This document shows, piece by piece, positions 47,763-57,539 of a stretch of DNA of 63,372 nt. The stretch's first letter is position 1; every line of letters begins with the position of its first letter. Position numbers and translations under genes: made by a program. The notes below the pieces were generated by a model that saw nothing but the letters and a program-made list of their open reading frames with translations, did not search any database and was not told the origin of the DNA. Origin of the DNA: an uncultured Muribaculaceae bacterium (GTDB taxonomy: Bacteria; Bacillota_I; Bacilli_A; RF39; UBA660); NCBI GenBank assembly GCA_964370545.1, contig CAYJJQ010000004.1:1-63372 (forward strand), given 5' to 3'.

Positions 47763-48875
47763 ATGAAGTTTGTAGCGGCAAAGTGTCCTAACTGTGGGGC
47801 AAAATTAAAATTAGATAAGGAACTAAAAAAATCAACGTGTGAATTTTGTAGATATGATATTCTTGTAGATGAAGCAATTGCAAAATATAAGTTAGAATTA
47901 ACTGGTGAAGTTGAAGTAAAAAACTTACCTAAAGTTGATAATTTACTAAAACTTGCTAATAGAGCATATGAAAATGGTGATTATGATGAAGCATATGCAG
48001 CATATATTAAAGTTTTAGAAATTGATTCTGACATACCAGTAGCAGCTCTAAGAAAAGGTCTTACAAAAGCAATGACTACTAATTATATGAACTTTGATAT
48101 TAACTCGATTATTTCGGGATTTAATACTTTTTCTAAATTAGAAAAAGATCCTACTAAACTAGAAGTTGGAATAATGGAAACTATACTTGCAATTTCTGTG
48201 TTAACTAAATTTGCAATTAATTTTAAAAGAGAAAATACAACTTACTTAAATGATTTAAAAGAATTTATTCATAACCTTGATCAATGTTTAACAGCATATG
48301 AAAAATTATTTAATCATATAGAAAAAGCAGAATTGAAAAAAACTGTACTTGAAAACTGTATTACAATAATTAATATAATTTTAAAATCTAATATATATTT
48401 AAATGATATGGGTAAGAAAAATGCATATTTTATGCCAACAGGGCCTAAAAAAGAATATAAAGAAAAAAAGAAACAATATCAGTTAGAACTTGATACTTTA
48501 AAAGAATCAAAGGCAGAAGGAAAAACTGAAAAAATAAAAAAAGAAAAAGTTAAGAATCCAGGATTTTTTAGCGGTATTGGAAGTTTGTTTGCAGGTAGTG
48601 CTATAGCAGTAGTTTCAGAAAAAGAAACTAAAACAAAAAAACCAACTAAAGTTATGAAAATATTAACTAAAATAGTGGATATCTTCTTTATACTTTCATT
48701 TATTGCATTCTTAGTAGAAGGTTTAATAGTTCCTGCTATACTAATGGCTATACTTATAATTTTATCTTTAAATAAAGTTAAAGATAAAATTGCAATGAGT
48801 AGTCCAAAATTATATAAATTTTTATGGTTAGTAAAATTAATACTATTTATTATAGCTGCAGGGTTAATGGAATAA
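47763..48875 (+). CDS. Zinc-ribbon / TPR-like membrane protein (370 aa)
   Basis: N-terminal CPNCG...CEFC ribbon, a TPR-like segment (AYENGDYDEAYAAYIKVLEID) and C-terminal TM helices. Confidence 0.55.
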   Translation: MKFVAAKCPNCGAKLKLDKELKKSTCEFCRYDILVDEAIAKYKLELTGEVEVKNLPKVDNLLKLANRAYENGDYDEAYAAYIKVLEIDSDIPVAALRKGLTKAMTTNYMNFDINSIISGFNTFSKLEKDPTKLEVGIMETILAISVLTKFAINFKRENTTYLNDLKEFIHNLDQCLTAYEKLFNHIEKAELKKTVLENCITIINIILKSNIYLNDMGKKNAYFMPTGPKKEYKEKKKQYQLELDTLKESKAEGKTEKIKKEKVKNPGFFSGIGSLFAGSAIAVVSEKETKTKKPTKVMKILTKIVDIFFILSFIAFLVEGLIVPAILMAILIILSLNKVKDKIAMSSPKLYKFLWLVKLILFIIAAGLME

Positions 48876-48882
48876 ATTAAAT

Positions 48883-48905
48883 GACACAAAAGTGTCTTTT
48901 TTTTT
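48883..48905 (+). terminator. Rho-independent terminator
   Basis: gacac-aaaa-gtgtc plus 9 T. Confidence 0.75.
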
Positions 48906-48963
48906 ACTCTTTTATAGACATTATATTTTATGCTTGTTATAATAAAAAAGTATAGGAGGAAAT

Positions 48964-51588
48964 ATGGAAAAGTATGTTTATGCCTTTAAAGAAGGTAAAA
49001 AAGAAATGAAAGAAATACTTGGTGGTAAAGGTGCTAATTTAGCTGAAATGACTTCAATTGGCCTTCCAGTACCTCAAGGGTTCACAGTTTCAACAGAAGC
49101 ATGTAATAAATATTATGCAGATGGAGAAACATTAAGTGATGAAGTGATAAAGCAAATATATTCAAAGTTAGAAGAACTTGAAGGTATATCTGGTAAAAAG
49201 TTTGGTGATTTACACGATCCTTTATTAGTATCAGTTAGATCTGGTGCTAGAGCAAGTATGCCAGGAATGATGGATACAGTTCTTAACTTAGGACTTAATG
49301 ATGAAGTAGCAGAATCTTACGGTAAAAAAATTAATAATGAAAGATTTGTATATGATTCATATCGTAGATTTATTCAAATGTTTTCAGATGTAGTAATGGG
49401 TTTCCCTAAATCATCTTTCGAAAGACTATTTGATAAAATTAAAGAAGAAAAAAATATTAAATATGATACTGATTTAACAGCAGATGATTTAAAAGATGTA
49501 GTAGCAGTATTTAAAGGAGAATATTTAAAACACGCAGGTAAAGAATTTCCTAGTGATCCAAAAGAACAATTAATTGAATCAATTAAAGCTGTATTTAGAT
49601 CATGGAACAATGAGCGTGCCAATACTTATCGTAGACTTAATGATATTCCAGCATCATGGGGAACAGCAGTTAATATTCAAGAAATGGTTTATGGAAACAG
49701 TGGGGATAATTCTGGTACTGGTGTTGCTTTTACAAGAAATCCAGCAACAGGAGATAAACATTTATATGGTGAATACTTGATTAATGCACAAGGTGAAGAT
49801 GTAGTAGCAGGTATTAGAACTCCTAATGATATAGATACACTTAAAGATGTAATGCCAGATTGCTATGATGAATTTGTAAAAATATGTGATATACTTGAAA
49901 ATCATTACAAAGACATGCAAGATATGGAATTTACTATAGAAAATGGTAAACTTTATATGCTGCAAACTAGAAATGGAAAAAGAACTGCAGAAGCAGCACT
50001 TAAAATAGCAGTGGATATGGTAAATGAAGGCATGATCACAAAAGAGGAAGCTATTTTAAAAGTAGAACCTAAACAACTTGATCATTTGCTTCATCCAATG
50101 TTTGATACAGATGCTCTTAGTAAAGCAAAGGTAATTGCTAAAGGATTAGCAGCATCACCAGGAGCAGCTACAGGTAAAATCTATTTTACTGCTGAAGATG
50201 CAATGCATGCTAGTGAAACAACAAAAGAAAATGTACTTCTTGTTAGACTTGAAACATCACCTGAAGATATTGAAGGTATGGTAGTTGCAAAAGGAGTGCT
50301 TACAATTAGAGGTGGTATGACATCACATGCAGCAGTTGTTGCTCGTGGTATGGGTACTTGTTGTGTATCTGGTTGTGGTGAACTTAAAATAGATGAAGAA
50401 GCTAAAACTGTTACAACTAAAGATGGTACTGTATATAAAGAAGGTGATTATATGTCACTTGATGGATCAACTGGTAATGTATACGGAGAAAATATTAAAA
50501 CAGTAGAACCTACTATTAGTGGAAATTTTGAAACATTTATGAAATGGGCTGATGAAATCAGAGTACTTAAAGTAAGAGCTAATGCAGATAATAAAAAAGA
50601 TGCACAAACTGCTAGAAAATTTGGTGCAGAAGGTATTGGTTTATGTCGTACTGAGCACATGTTCTTCGATGAAAAAAGAATATTTGAATTTAGAAAAATG
50701 ATTACAGCTGAAACAAAAGAAGCTAGAGAAGAAGCTCTTAATAATATTTTACCTTATCAAAGAGCAGACTTTGAAGAACTATTTGAAGAAATGGAAGGGT
50801 ATGGAGTTACTATTCGTTATCTAGATCCACCACTTCATGAATTCTTGCCTCATGCTGATGAAGATATTAAAACTTTGGCAGATGCTCTTAATATATCTTT
50901 TGATAAATTAAAAGAAAGAGTAGAAAGCTTAAAAGAATTTAATCCTATGATGGGACACCGTGGTTGTAGATTAAGTATTAGTTATCCTGAAATAGCTGTT
51001 ATGCAAACAAGAGCAGTTATTGAAGCAGCTATTAATGTAACTAAGAAGGGTAAAACCGTTGAACCGGAAATAATGATTCCTTTAGTAGGAGATGTTAAAG
51101 AACTTTCTTATATAAAAGAAATAGTTATTAAAACTATTAATGAAGTATTTGAAAAAGAAAAAATGGAAATTAAGTATTTAATAGGTACAATGATTGAAGT
51201 TCCAAGAGCTACAGTTACTGCTGATAAAATTGCAAAAGAAGCAGAGTTTTTCTCATTTGGAACAAATGACTTAACACAAATGACTTATGGTTTTTCTAGA
51301 GATGATGCTTCTAAATTCTTAGAAGATTATTATAGCAAGCAAGTATTTGAATTTGATCCATTTGCTAAAATAGATACTGAAGGCGTTGGAGCATTAATGA
51401 AAATTGCTGTTCAAAAAGGAAAAGAAGAAAGAAAAGATATTAAGCTTGGGATATGTGGAGAACACGGTGGGGAAACTTCATCAGTGTATTTCTGTCACAC
51501 ACTAGGACTTAATTATGTATCTTGTTCACCTTTTAGAGTTCCAATTGCTAGACTTGCAGCAGCACAAGCCGTAATTATTAATAATTAA
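48964..51588 (+). CDS. ppdK: Pyruvate, phosphate dikinase
   Basis: 874 aa with the phosphohistidine motif GGMTSHAAVVARG and the PEP-utilising C-terminal domain (GICGEHGG). Confidence 0.95.
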   Translation: MEKYVYAFKEGKKEMKEILGGKGANLAEMTSIGLPVPQGFTVSTEACNKYYADGETLSDEVIKQIYSKLEELEGISGKKFGDLHDPLLVSVRSGARASMPGMMDTVLNLGLNDEVAESYGKKINNERFVYDSYRRFIQMFSDVVMGFPKSSFERLFDKIKEEKNIKYDTDLTADDLKDVVAVFKGEYLKHAGKEFPSDPKEQLIESIKAVFRSWNNERANTYRRLNDIPASWGTAVNIQEMVYGNSGDNSGTGVAFTRNPATGDKHLYGEYLINAQGEDVVAGIRTPNDIDTLKDVMPDCYDEFVKICDILENHYKDMQDMEFTIENGKLYMLQTRNGKRTAEAALKIAVDMVNEGMITKEEAILKVEPKQLDHLLHPMFDTDALSKAKVIAKGLAASPGAATGKIYFTAEDAMHASETTKENVLLVRLETSPEDIEGMVVAKGVLTIRGGMTSHAAVVARGMGTCCVSGCGELKIDEEAKTVTTKDGTVYKEGDYMSLDGSTGNVYGENIKTVEPTISGNFETFMKWADEIRVLKVRANADNKKDAQTARKFGAEGIGLCRTEHMFFDEKRIFEFRKMITAETKEAREEALNNILPYQRADFEELFEEMEGYGVTIRYLDPPLHEFLPHADEDIKTLADALNISFDKLKERVESLKEFNPMMGHRGCRLSISYPEIAVMQTRAVIEAAINVTKKGKTVEPEIMIPLVGDVKELSYIKEIVIKTINEVFEKEKMEIKYLIGTMIEVPRATVTADKIAKEAEFFSFGTNDLTQMTYGFSRDDASKFLEDYYSKQVFEFDPFAKIDTEGVGALMKIAVQKGKEERKDIKLGICGEHGGETSSVYFCHTLGLNYVSCSPFRVPIARLAAAQAVIINN

Positions 51589-51614
51589 AACTCGATTTTG
51601 ATACTTAAATATTA

Positions 51615-51643
51615 TTGAAATTAACAATTTCTTATGTTAAGAT
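51615..51643 (+). promoter_or_regulatory. Promoter of candidate antisense sRNA, copy B
   Basis: TTGAAA, 17-nt spacer, TGtTAAGAT. The same -10 and downstream GAAT.TGTAAG are found at the copy A antisense promoter. Confidence 0.55.
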
Positions 51644-51649
51644 GAATAT

Positions 51650-51766
51650 GTAAGTAAGAAATTACATACAATAAAAAAAGGAAGCGTTTAAAGAGGGTTT
51701 TAAGCGCCTACCTTTCGTTTTGGGTGGCACCTAATTCAGATCTATTAGAATTAAGTGCCTTTTTTT
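51650..51766 (+). ncRNA. Candidate antisense sRNA (antitoxin), copy B
   Basis: Starts behind the 51615 promoter. Ends at hairpin ggcacctaattc...gaattaagtgcc (51726..51759) plus 7 U. Overlaps the 3' ~90 nt of the minus-strand peptide mRNA. Confidence 0.5.
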
Positions 51767-51913
51767 ATGCTAGCTTATAAATAGAGGCCAGCGATAAAAT
51801 AAGTAATATGATTAAAAATAATATTAAAATATCTTTTCTATTCATAATATTTAAGCCTCCCTTCGAGGTCCCCCTGAAGTGGTGAAGGCAGACACTTAAC
51901 TTTAAAAACTTCC
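51672..51913 (-). other. Candidate type I toxin mRNA, copy B (structured, about 240 nt)
   Basis: 5' ggaag...ttaagtgtctgcc pairs with 3' ggtaggcgcttaa...cttcc, with compensatory changes relative to copy A. TATAAT -10 at 51922..51927 (-). U tract at the 3' end. Confidence 0.55.
51765..51845 (-). CDS. 26-aa hydrophobic peptide MNRKDILILFLIILLILSLASIYKLA (candidate type I toxin)
   Basis: GGAGG SD 10 nt upstream. Same length as copy A, and about 70% identical to it by eye. Confidence 0.6.
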   Translation of the reverse strand: MNRKDILILFLIILLILSLASIYKLA

Positions 51914-52067
51914 AGTTAGTTATTATAAATGGTTATTACTAAAAATACTGTCGAATTATATTTAAAAATTAATTATTTATAAACTGTATATAATTATGTA
52001 ATATTATAGCAAATGAATTGACAGAACCTTTATAATTTTGATATTCTAAAATTAGAAAGGATGTAGA

Positions 52068-52508
52068 GTGATGAGAATAATTAAATTTGCAGCAATAGCT
52101 GTGTGCGCTGGCTTATTATTAACAGGATGTGGAGCAGAAGAAGCTGACGATAATACAAAAGCATTATCTTGTACTTTAAGCGCAGAATTTTTATCTGAAG
52201 AAAATTCTGTTGAAATCATGTTTGAAGAAGACAAAATAGTAAGCTCAGAAATGTCTTTTGGTTCAAATACAGGTTTTGGTCAAAGTTATGCAGATTCAGT
52301 TTGTGATGCGTATGAATTATATGAAGGCTTAACATGTAATGCTACAGTTGAAAATCCAGATATGGATGATGTATATTCAACATATAATATTACTGTAGAC
52401 AATGAAACATCTACTAAAGCATTTTTACTTTCTAAAGAAAGTATTGATGCAACAACATATGAAGAATTTAAAACAGCACTTGAAAGTTTAGACTACGTTT
52501 GTAAATAA
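52068..52508 (+). CDS. Lipoprotein (146 aa)
   Basis: Signal peptide with lipobox LLLTGC; acidic mature part with paired cysteines. Confidence 0.7.
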   Translation: MMRIIKFAAIAVCAGLLLTGCGAEEADDNTKALSCTLSAEFLSEENSVEIMFEEDKIVSSEMSFGSNTGFGQSYADSVCDAYELYEGLTCNATVENPDMDDVYSTYNITVDNETSTKAFLLSKESIDATTYEEFKTALESLDYVCK

Positions 52509-52596
52509 AACAAATAAGTAAAAAGAGATATAAAACATATCTCTTTTTCTTTTATCTAAGAATAATTTATGCTATAATTCTTGTGAGGTGTTTTCT

Positions 52597-52989
52597 ATGA
52601 CAAGAAGTGAATTAAGAAAAAAAATAATGATTATTTTATATCAAATAAATATTTATAAAGAAAAAAATATTGATTTTGATATCAATAATGTTATAAAAGA
52701 AAATGTAGAAATAGATAATGAGTTTGTAAAAACTGTAGTAAATGGTGTTATAGAAAAACATGATGAGCTTAATGAAGTTGCTAATAAATATATGACAGAA
52801 TGGTCTATTGATAGAATTGATAAAACTGGAGCTGAAATTATGAGAATGGCTATTTATGAACTTAAATATACTGATACTCCTGAAATAGTTGTTATTAATG
52901 AAGCTGTTGAATTATCTAAAGAGTATTCTGATGAATCTGTTAGAAAAATAATAAATGCAACATTAGATAAATTAATTAGAGAAAGTTAA
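52597..52989 (+). CDS. nusB: Transcription antitermination factor NusB
   Basis: MTRSELRKKIM...EW..DRI......I.R.A.YEL.Y..D.P..V.INEAVEL.K. I prefer the ATG at 52597 (GAGGTG RBS) over the GTG at 52588. Confidence 0.85.
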   Translation: MTRSELRKKIMIILYQINIYKEKNIDFDINNVIKENVEIDNEFVKTVVNGVIEKHDELNEVANKYMTEWSIDRIDKTGAEIMRMAIYELKYTDTPEIVVINEAVELSKEYSDESVRKIINATLDKLIRES

Positions 52990-52990
52990 T

Positions 52991-54256
52991 ATGGAAAAAG
53001 ATTACATTACAGTTACCAGCTTAAATAACTATATAAAAACTGTCTTAGAAAGAGATGGTTTTTTGTCTAGAATATTACTTAAAGGGGAAATATCCAATTT
53101 AAAAAAACATACAACTGGTCATTGGTATTTCACATTAAAAGATGAAGGTTCTAGAATTAATGCTGTAATGTTTGCTATGGACGCTAAAAAGGTATTGTTT
53201 GATCCTGAAGATGGAATGAATATTCTTTTAGAAGGTAGAGTATCATCTTATCCAACTACAGGTGCTTATCAAATCTATGTAAATAAAATGGAATTAGATG
53301 GAATAGGTAACTTACATATTGAATTTGAAAAACTTAAGAAAAAATTAGCAGCTGAAGGTTTATTTAGTAGTGAATATAAAAAAACAATACCAAAATATCC
53401 AGAAACTGTTGGGGTAATAACAGCACCTACAGGTGCCGCTATTAAAGATATAGTTTCTACAATAAATAGAAGGTTTCCTAGCACTAAGGTAATTTTATTT
53501 CCAGCATTAGTGCAAGGAAAAGAAGCAGCTGATTCCATTGTATCTCAAATTAAAATAGCAGATACTTATGATTTAGATGTTCTTATAGTAGGTAGGGGCG
53601 GTGGCTCTATAGAAGATTTATGGAGTTTTAATGAGGAAATAGTAGCCAGAGCCATCTTTGATGCTAAAGTACCAATTATATCAGCTGTAGGTCATGAAAT
53701 TGATATTACAATAGCTGACTATGTAGCAGATTTAAGAGCACCAACACCAACTGGAGCAGCAGAAATGGCAGTTCCTACACTAACTGATACTCTTAATATA
53801 ATTGATCAGTATAAAATAAGACTTAATAAGAATATAAAAAATACAGTAAATACAAATTATATAAAACTTCGAACATTAAAAGATTCCTATATACTTAAAA
53901 ATCCAATGAGTATTTATGAAATAAAAACTCAGAAATTAGATAATTTAATAGATAGTTTAGAAAAAAATACAAATGTATTATTAGATACTAAGAAGAGTAA
54001 TTTAGATCAACTTAAAGAATCATACATTTTAAGAAATCCAGATAAATTACTTGATGAATCAAAACAAAAAATAAATTTAATACTTGCAAGTTTAAAAAAT
54101 TTAAATCCACTTGATATCTTAGAAAAAGGATATTCTGTAGTTAAGACAAATGATAAAGTAATAAACGATGCTAGTAAAGTTAAAGTTAATGATATAATAA
54201 ATATAAGACTTAAAAAAGGGCATATAAACGCCACAGTAAAGGAGATAGTAAAATGA
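52991..54256 (+). CDS. xseA: Exodeoxyribonuclease VII large subunit
   Basis: N-terminal OB fold (V.GEISN...H.SGHWYFTLKD), GVITAPTGAAIKD, RGGGS.EDLW.FN; followed by xseB. Confidence 0.9.
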   Translation: MEKDYITVTSLNNYIKTVLERDGFLSRILLKGEISNLKKHTTGHWYFTLKDEGSRINAVMFAMDAKKVLFDPEDGMNILLEGRVSSYPTTGAYQIYVNKMELDGIGNLHIEFEKLKKKLAAEGLFSSEYKKTIPKYPETVGVITAPTGAAIKDIVSTINRRFPSTKVILFPALVQGKEAADSIVSQIKIADTYDLDVLIVGRGGGSIEDLWSFNEEIVARAIFDAKVPIISAVGHEIDITIADYVADLRAPTPTGAAEMAVPTLTDTLNIIDQYKIRLNKNIKNTVNTNYIKLRTLKDSYILKNPMSIYEIKTQKLDNLIDSLEKNTNVLLDTKKSNLDQLKESYILRNPDKLLDESKQKINLILASLKNLNPLDILEKGYSVVKTNDKVINDASKVKVNDIINIRLKKGHINATVKEIVK

Positions 54257-54471
54257 AAAAAGAAAAAACATTTGAAGAAGCACTAAAAGAATTAGAAGTT
54301 ATAGTTAAAGAATTAGAAGCAGGGGATGTACCTTTAGATAACGCAATAGAAAAGTATAGTGAAGCGATGAAACTTGCTAAATTAGCTTCAGGCAAAATAG
54401 AAGCCGCTACAGAAAAAGTTAATAAAATATTAGCATCTAATGGAGAACTTAAAGATTTAGAGGTGAAATAA
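54253..54471 (+). CDS. xseB: Exodeoxyribonuclease VII small subunit
   Basis: 72 aa; FEEALKELE.IV..LE.G...L......Y.E...L pattern; overlaps the xseA stop. Confidence 0.85.
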   Translation: MKKEKTFEEALKELEVIVKELEAGDVPLDNAIEKYSEAMKLAKLASGKIEAATEKVNKILASNGELKDLEVK

Positions 54472-55877
54472 TGGAAGTTAAAGATATTACAAATAGAGAT
54501 GTCGATTTTGCTTTATGGTATACGGATGTATGTAAAAAAGCTGATTTAGTAGATTATTCTTCTGTTAAAGGTTCAATGATTATAAGACCTTATGGTTATG
54601 CATTATGGGAAGAAATGGTTAAAGCATTAGATAAAATGTTTAAAGATACAGGTCATGAAAATATACAAATGCCTATGTTTATACCAGAATCTTTACTTAA
54701 TATAGAAAAAGACCACGTAGCAGGATTTGCACCAGAGGTGGCCTGGGTTACCCAGGGAGGTTCTGAAGCACTTGAAGAAAGAATGTGTATTAGACCTACT
54801 AGTGAAGTATTGTTTTGTGAACACTACAAGAAGATAATTAATTCTTATAGAGATTTGCCTAAACTTTATAATCAGTGGTGTACTATAGTTAGATGGGAAA
54901 AATCTACTAGACCATTTTTACGTAGTAGAGAAATATTATGGCAAGAAGGTCATACTATGCATGCAAGTGAACAAGAAGCAAGATGCGAAACTCTGCAAAT
55001 GTTAGATATATATACTGATTTTCAAAAAAATTATTTAGCATTACCTGTTATTACAGGAAAGAAAACTGAAAAAGAAAAATTTGCAGGAGCAGAAGTAACT
55101 TATACACTTGAAGCAATGATGCAATCTGGTGTTGCACTTCAAAATGGTACAACTCATTACTTTGGGCAAAAATTTTCTAAAATATTTGATATTAAATTTT
55201 TAAATAAAGAAAATAAAGAAGAAAATCCATATCAAACTAGTTGGGGAGTATCTACTAGAATGATTGGTTCAGTAATAATGACCCATGGTGATGATAGAGG
55301 ATTAGTGCTGCCTCCAGTAATAGCGCCATTTAAAGTATGTATAATACCTATTGGTGAAGTAGAAGATAAATTAGTTACTCTAGAAAAGGAACTTAAAAAT
55401 GCTGGTATAACATTTAAAACTGATAATACAAATAAATCTCCAGGATTTAAATTTGCAGAAGCAGAGGTAAAAGGTTATCCTTTAAGAATAGAACTTGGAG
55501 CTAGAGATTTAAATGAAGGATTTGTAACAATTGTTAGAAGAGATACTTTAGAAAAAATTAAAGTACCTTTTGAATCTTTAGTAGAAGAAATTAAAAATAC
55601 ATTACCAGTTATGCAAAAAGAAATGTTTGAAGCTGCAGAAAAAAGAGTTAGCTCAATGTTGCATGAAGCTGCAAACTACAAAGAATTTAAAGAAATTGCT
55701 TCAACTAAACCAGGCTTTATAAAAATAAATTGGTGTGGTGATACTGAGTGTGAAGAAAAAATCAAAGAAGATACTACTCTTAAATCTAGATGTATAACAG
55801 AAGAAGAGCCTAATGGAAAATGCGCTGTTTGTGGAAAAGATGCTAGTGTTAAAATATGGTTTGGAAAACAATATTAA
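54471..55877 (+). CDS. proS: Proline--tRNA ligase (archaeal/eukaryote-like type lacking the INS editing domain)
   Basis: 468 aa; class II motifs, WYTD... start and a C-terminal Cys-containing domain ending WFGKQY. Confidence 0.9.
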   Translation: MEVKDITNRDVDFALWYTDVCKKADLVDYSSVKGSMIIRPYGYALWEEMVKALDKMFKDTGHENIQMPMFIPESLLNIEKDHVAGFAPEVAWVTQGGSEALEERMCIRPTSEVLFCEHYKKIINSYRDLPKLYNQWCTIVRWEKSTRPFLRSREILWQEGHTMHASEQEARCETLQMLDIYTDFQKNYLALPVITGKKTEKEKFAGAEVTYTLEAMMQSGVALQNGTTHYFGQKFSKIFDIKFLNKENKEENPYQTSWGVSTRMIGSVIMTHGDDRGLVLPPVIAPFKVCIIPIGEVEDKLVTLEKELKNAGITFKTDNTNKSPGFKFAEAEVKGYPLRIELGARDLNEGFVTIVRRDTLEKIKVPFESLVEEIKNTLPVMQKEMFEAAEKRVSSMLHEAANYKEFKEIASTKPGFIKINWCGDTECEEKIKEDTTLKSRCITEEEPNGKCAVCGKDASVKIWFGKQY

Positions 55878-55924
55878 TTTATTGTTTTTTTATTGTGTGT
55901 TATACTATTATTAGGAGAAAGAAT

Positions 55925-56416
55925 ATGAAACTTGAGAATTTGAGTTTAAAAGAAATATCAATAGAAGATTATATTAAAGAAAGAGAAATAATTAGAGATG
56001 GTATGGAATCACCAGATTGGTTAGGTGGTTTTGATAAAGAAGAATTATCAGAAATAATTGATAACGAAGGAATCTTATGGGCGTGGTATCATGATAAAGA
56101 TTTTGTATGTTCGGCACTTACGTTTCCTACTACAGCGCATGCTATAAAAAAATTTTGTTTAGATGGATATAAAGAAGGAGAAGTAATTACATATGCTACA
56201 TCTTTTGTAAAAAAAATATATAGAGGTAATAATTTACTTGTTCAAATGCTAAATTATTTAAATAATTATTATAAAGAACAATATAAATTGGCAGTTGGAA
56301 CAGTTCATCCTGATAATATTTGGTCTAGTCAAAATTTAGACGAATTAAAATTTACTAATAAAGGAGAATTAAATCTAACTAGAGGTAAAAGAATTTTATA
56401 CATAAAAGAATTATAA
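55925..56416 (+). CDS. GNAT-family N-acetyltransferase-like protein
   Basis: V.KKIYRGNNLLVQMLNYL (R/QxxGxG/A-like region) and a C-terminal ...HPDN..S...L..L.F. The ATG at 55925 has an AGGAGAAAG RBS. The 5' part of the track ORF overlaps proS. Confidence 0.55.
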   Translation: MKLENLSLKEISIEDYIKEREIIRDGMESPDWLGGFDKEELSEIIDNEGILWAWYHDKDFVCSALTFPTTAHAIKKFCLDGYKEGEVITYATSFVKKIYRGNNLLVQMLNYLNNYYKEQYKLAVGTVHPDNIWSSQNLDELKFTNKGELNLTRGKRILYIKEL

Positions 56417-56424
56417 TAAACTAG

Positions 56425-56457
56425 CAATATTTGGGTATTACCAAATATTGTTTTTTT
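56425..56457 (+). terminator. Rho-independent terminator
   Basis: caatatttgg-gtatta-ccaaatattg plus 7 T. Confidence 0.8.
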
Positions 56458-56500
56458 ATTTTTTAAATATTTATCCATAATATTATTAGATAGGAGTATT

Positions 56501-57469
56501 ATGAAAAAAATTGTAATTTATTTAACGTTATTATTAATGCCACTTAATGTACTTGCTTACTCAGATGAAGTAATACTTGGTGGGCATACTTTAGGAATCG
56601 ATGTTAAAACTGATGGAGTTTTAATAGTAGGTTTTTATAAAGTAAATGGAAGCTATAATAAAGGTAGTGTAGAACTCAAAGAAGGTGATTATATATATAA
56701 GATAAATGGTATAGATATAAACACTATAGAAGAGCTTACTAATACTATAGAAAATAATATATCTAATGGTAAAGTAACTATTAACTTTAGAAGAGGCGAT
56801 AAAGAATATACTACAGTATTAACTTTAGTAGAATCATCTGGTATATATAAAACAGGATTATATGTAAAAGATAGTATTACAGGTATAGGAACCCTTACTT
56901 ACATAGACCCTACAACAATGATTTACGGGGCTCTAGGACACGAAATTATAGAATCTAATACAAATAGTGTAGTAGAAATAAAAACTGGTACAATCTTTGA
57001 AAATCAGATTACATCTATTACCAAAAGTAATCCAGGTTCTCCAGGAAGTAAAAATGCAAGTTTTATGTATAGTAACACATTTGGCACAATTAGAGAGAAT
57101 ACTAAATATGGAATATATGGTGAATATAATTTAGATGTAAGTAATTATGAACTTATTAAAGTAGCAAGTAATGATGAAGTAAAAATAGGGCCTGCTACAA
57201 TATATACAGTAATAAATGAAGATGCAATTATTGAATATGCTATTAATATTACAGCTATTAATGAAACTAGTGATATTAAGAATATAGTATTTGAAATAAC
57301 TGATGAAAATTTAATTGATAAAACAGGTGGCGTAGTTCAAGGAATGAGTGGGTCTCCAATAGTTCAAAATAATAAAATTGTTGGTGCTGTTACCCACGTT
57401 ATAGTAGATAATCCAGTAACAGGATATGGATTATTTATTACAACAATGCTAGAAGAAGGAGAAAATTAA
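56501..57469 (+). CDS. spoIVB: SpoIVB-like S55 serine peptidase with PDZ domain
   Basis: Signal peptide, PDZ-like segment (GDYIYKINGIDINTIEEL) and catalytic-region motifs GALGHEI and VQGMSGSPIVQNNKIVGAVTHV. Confidence 0.8.
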   Translation: MKKIVIYLTLLLMPLNVLAYSDEVILGGHTLGIDVKTDGVLIVGFYKVNGSYNKGSVELKEGDYIYKINGIDINTIEELTNTIENNISNGKVTINFRRGDKEYTTVLTLVESSGIYKTGLYVKDSITGIGTLTYIDPTTMIYGALGHEIIESNTNSVVEIKTGTIFENQITSITKSNPGSPGSKNASFMYSNTFGTIRENTKYGIYGEYNLDVSNYELIKVASNDEVKIGPATIYTVINEDAIIEYAINITAINETSDIKNIVFEITDENLIDKTGGVVQGMSGSPIVQNNKIVGAVTHVIVDNPVTGYGLFITTMLEEGEN

Positions 57470-57539
57470 TTTTCTTCTTTTTTTTATATTCATAATTTGA
57501 TATAATAAGTTATATAGTTAGAATAAATAGGGAGATCTT

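Noticed and set aside
51624-51658. Inverted repeat aatttctta...taagaaatt after ppdK as a ppdK terminator
   Set aside because: The loop is about 20 nt and no T run follows on the plus strand. The segment coincides with the -10 and start region of the predicted antisense promoter of locus B, whose conservation with locus A explains it better.
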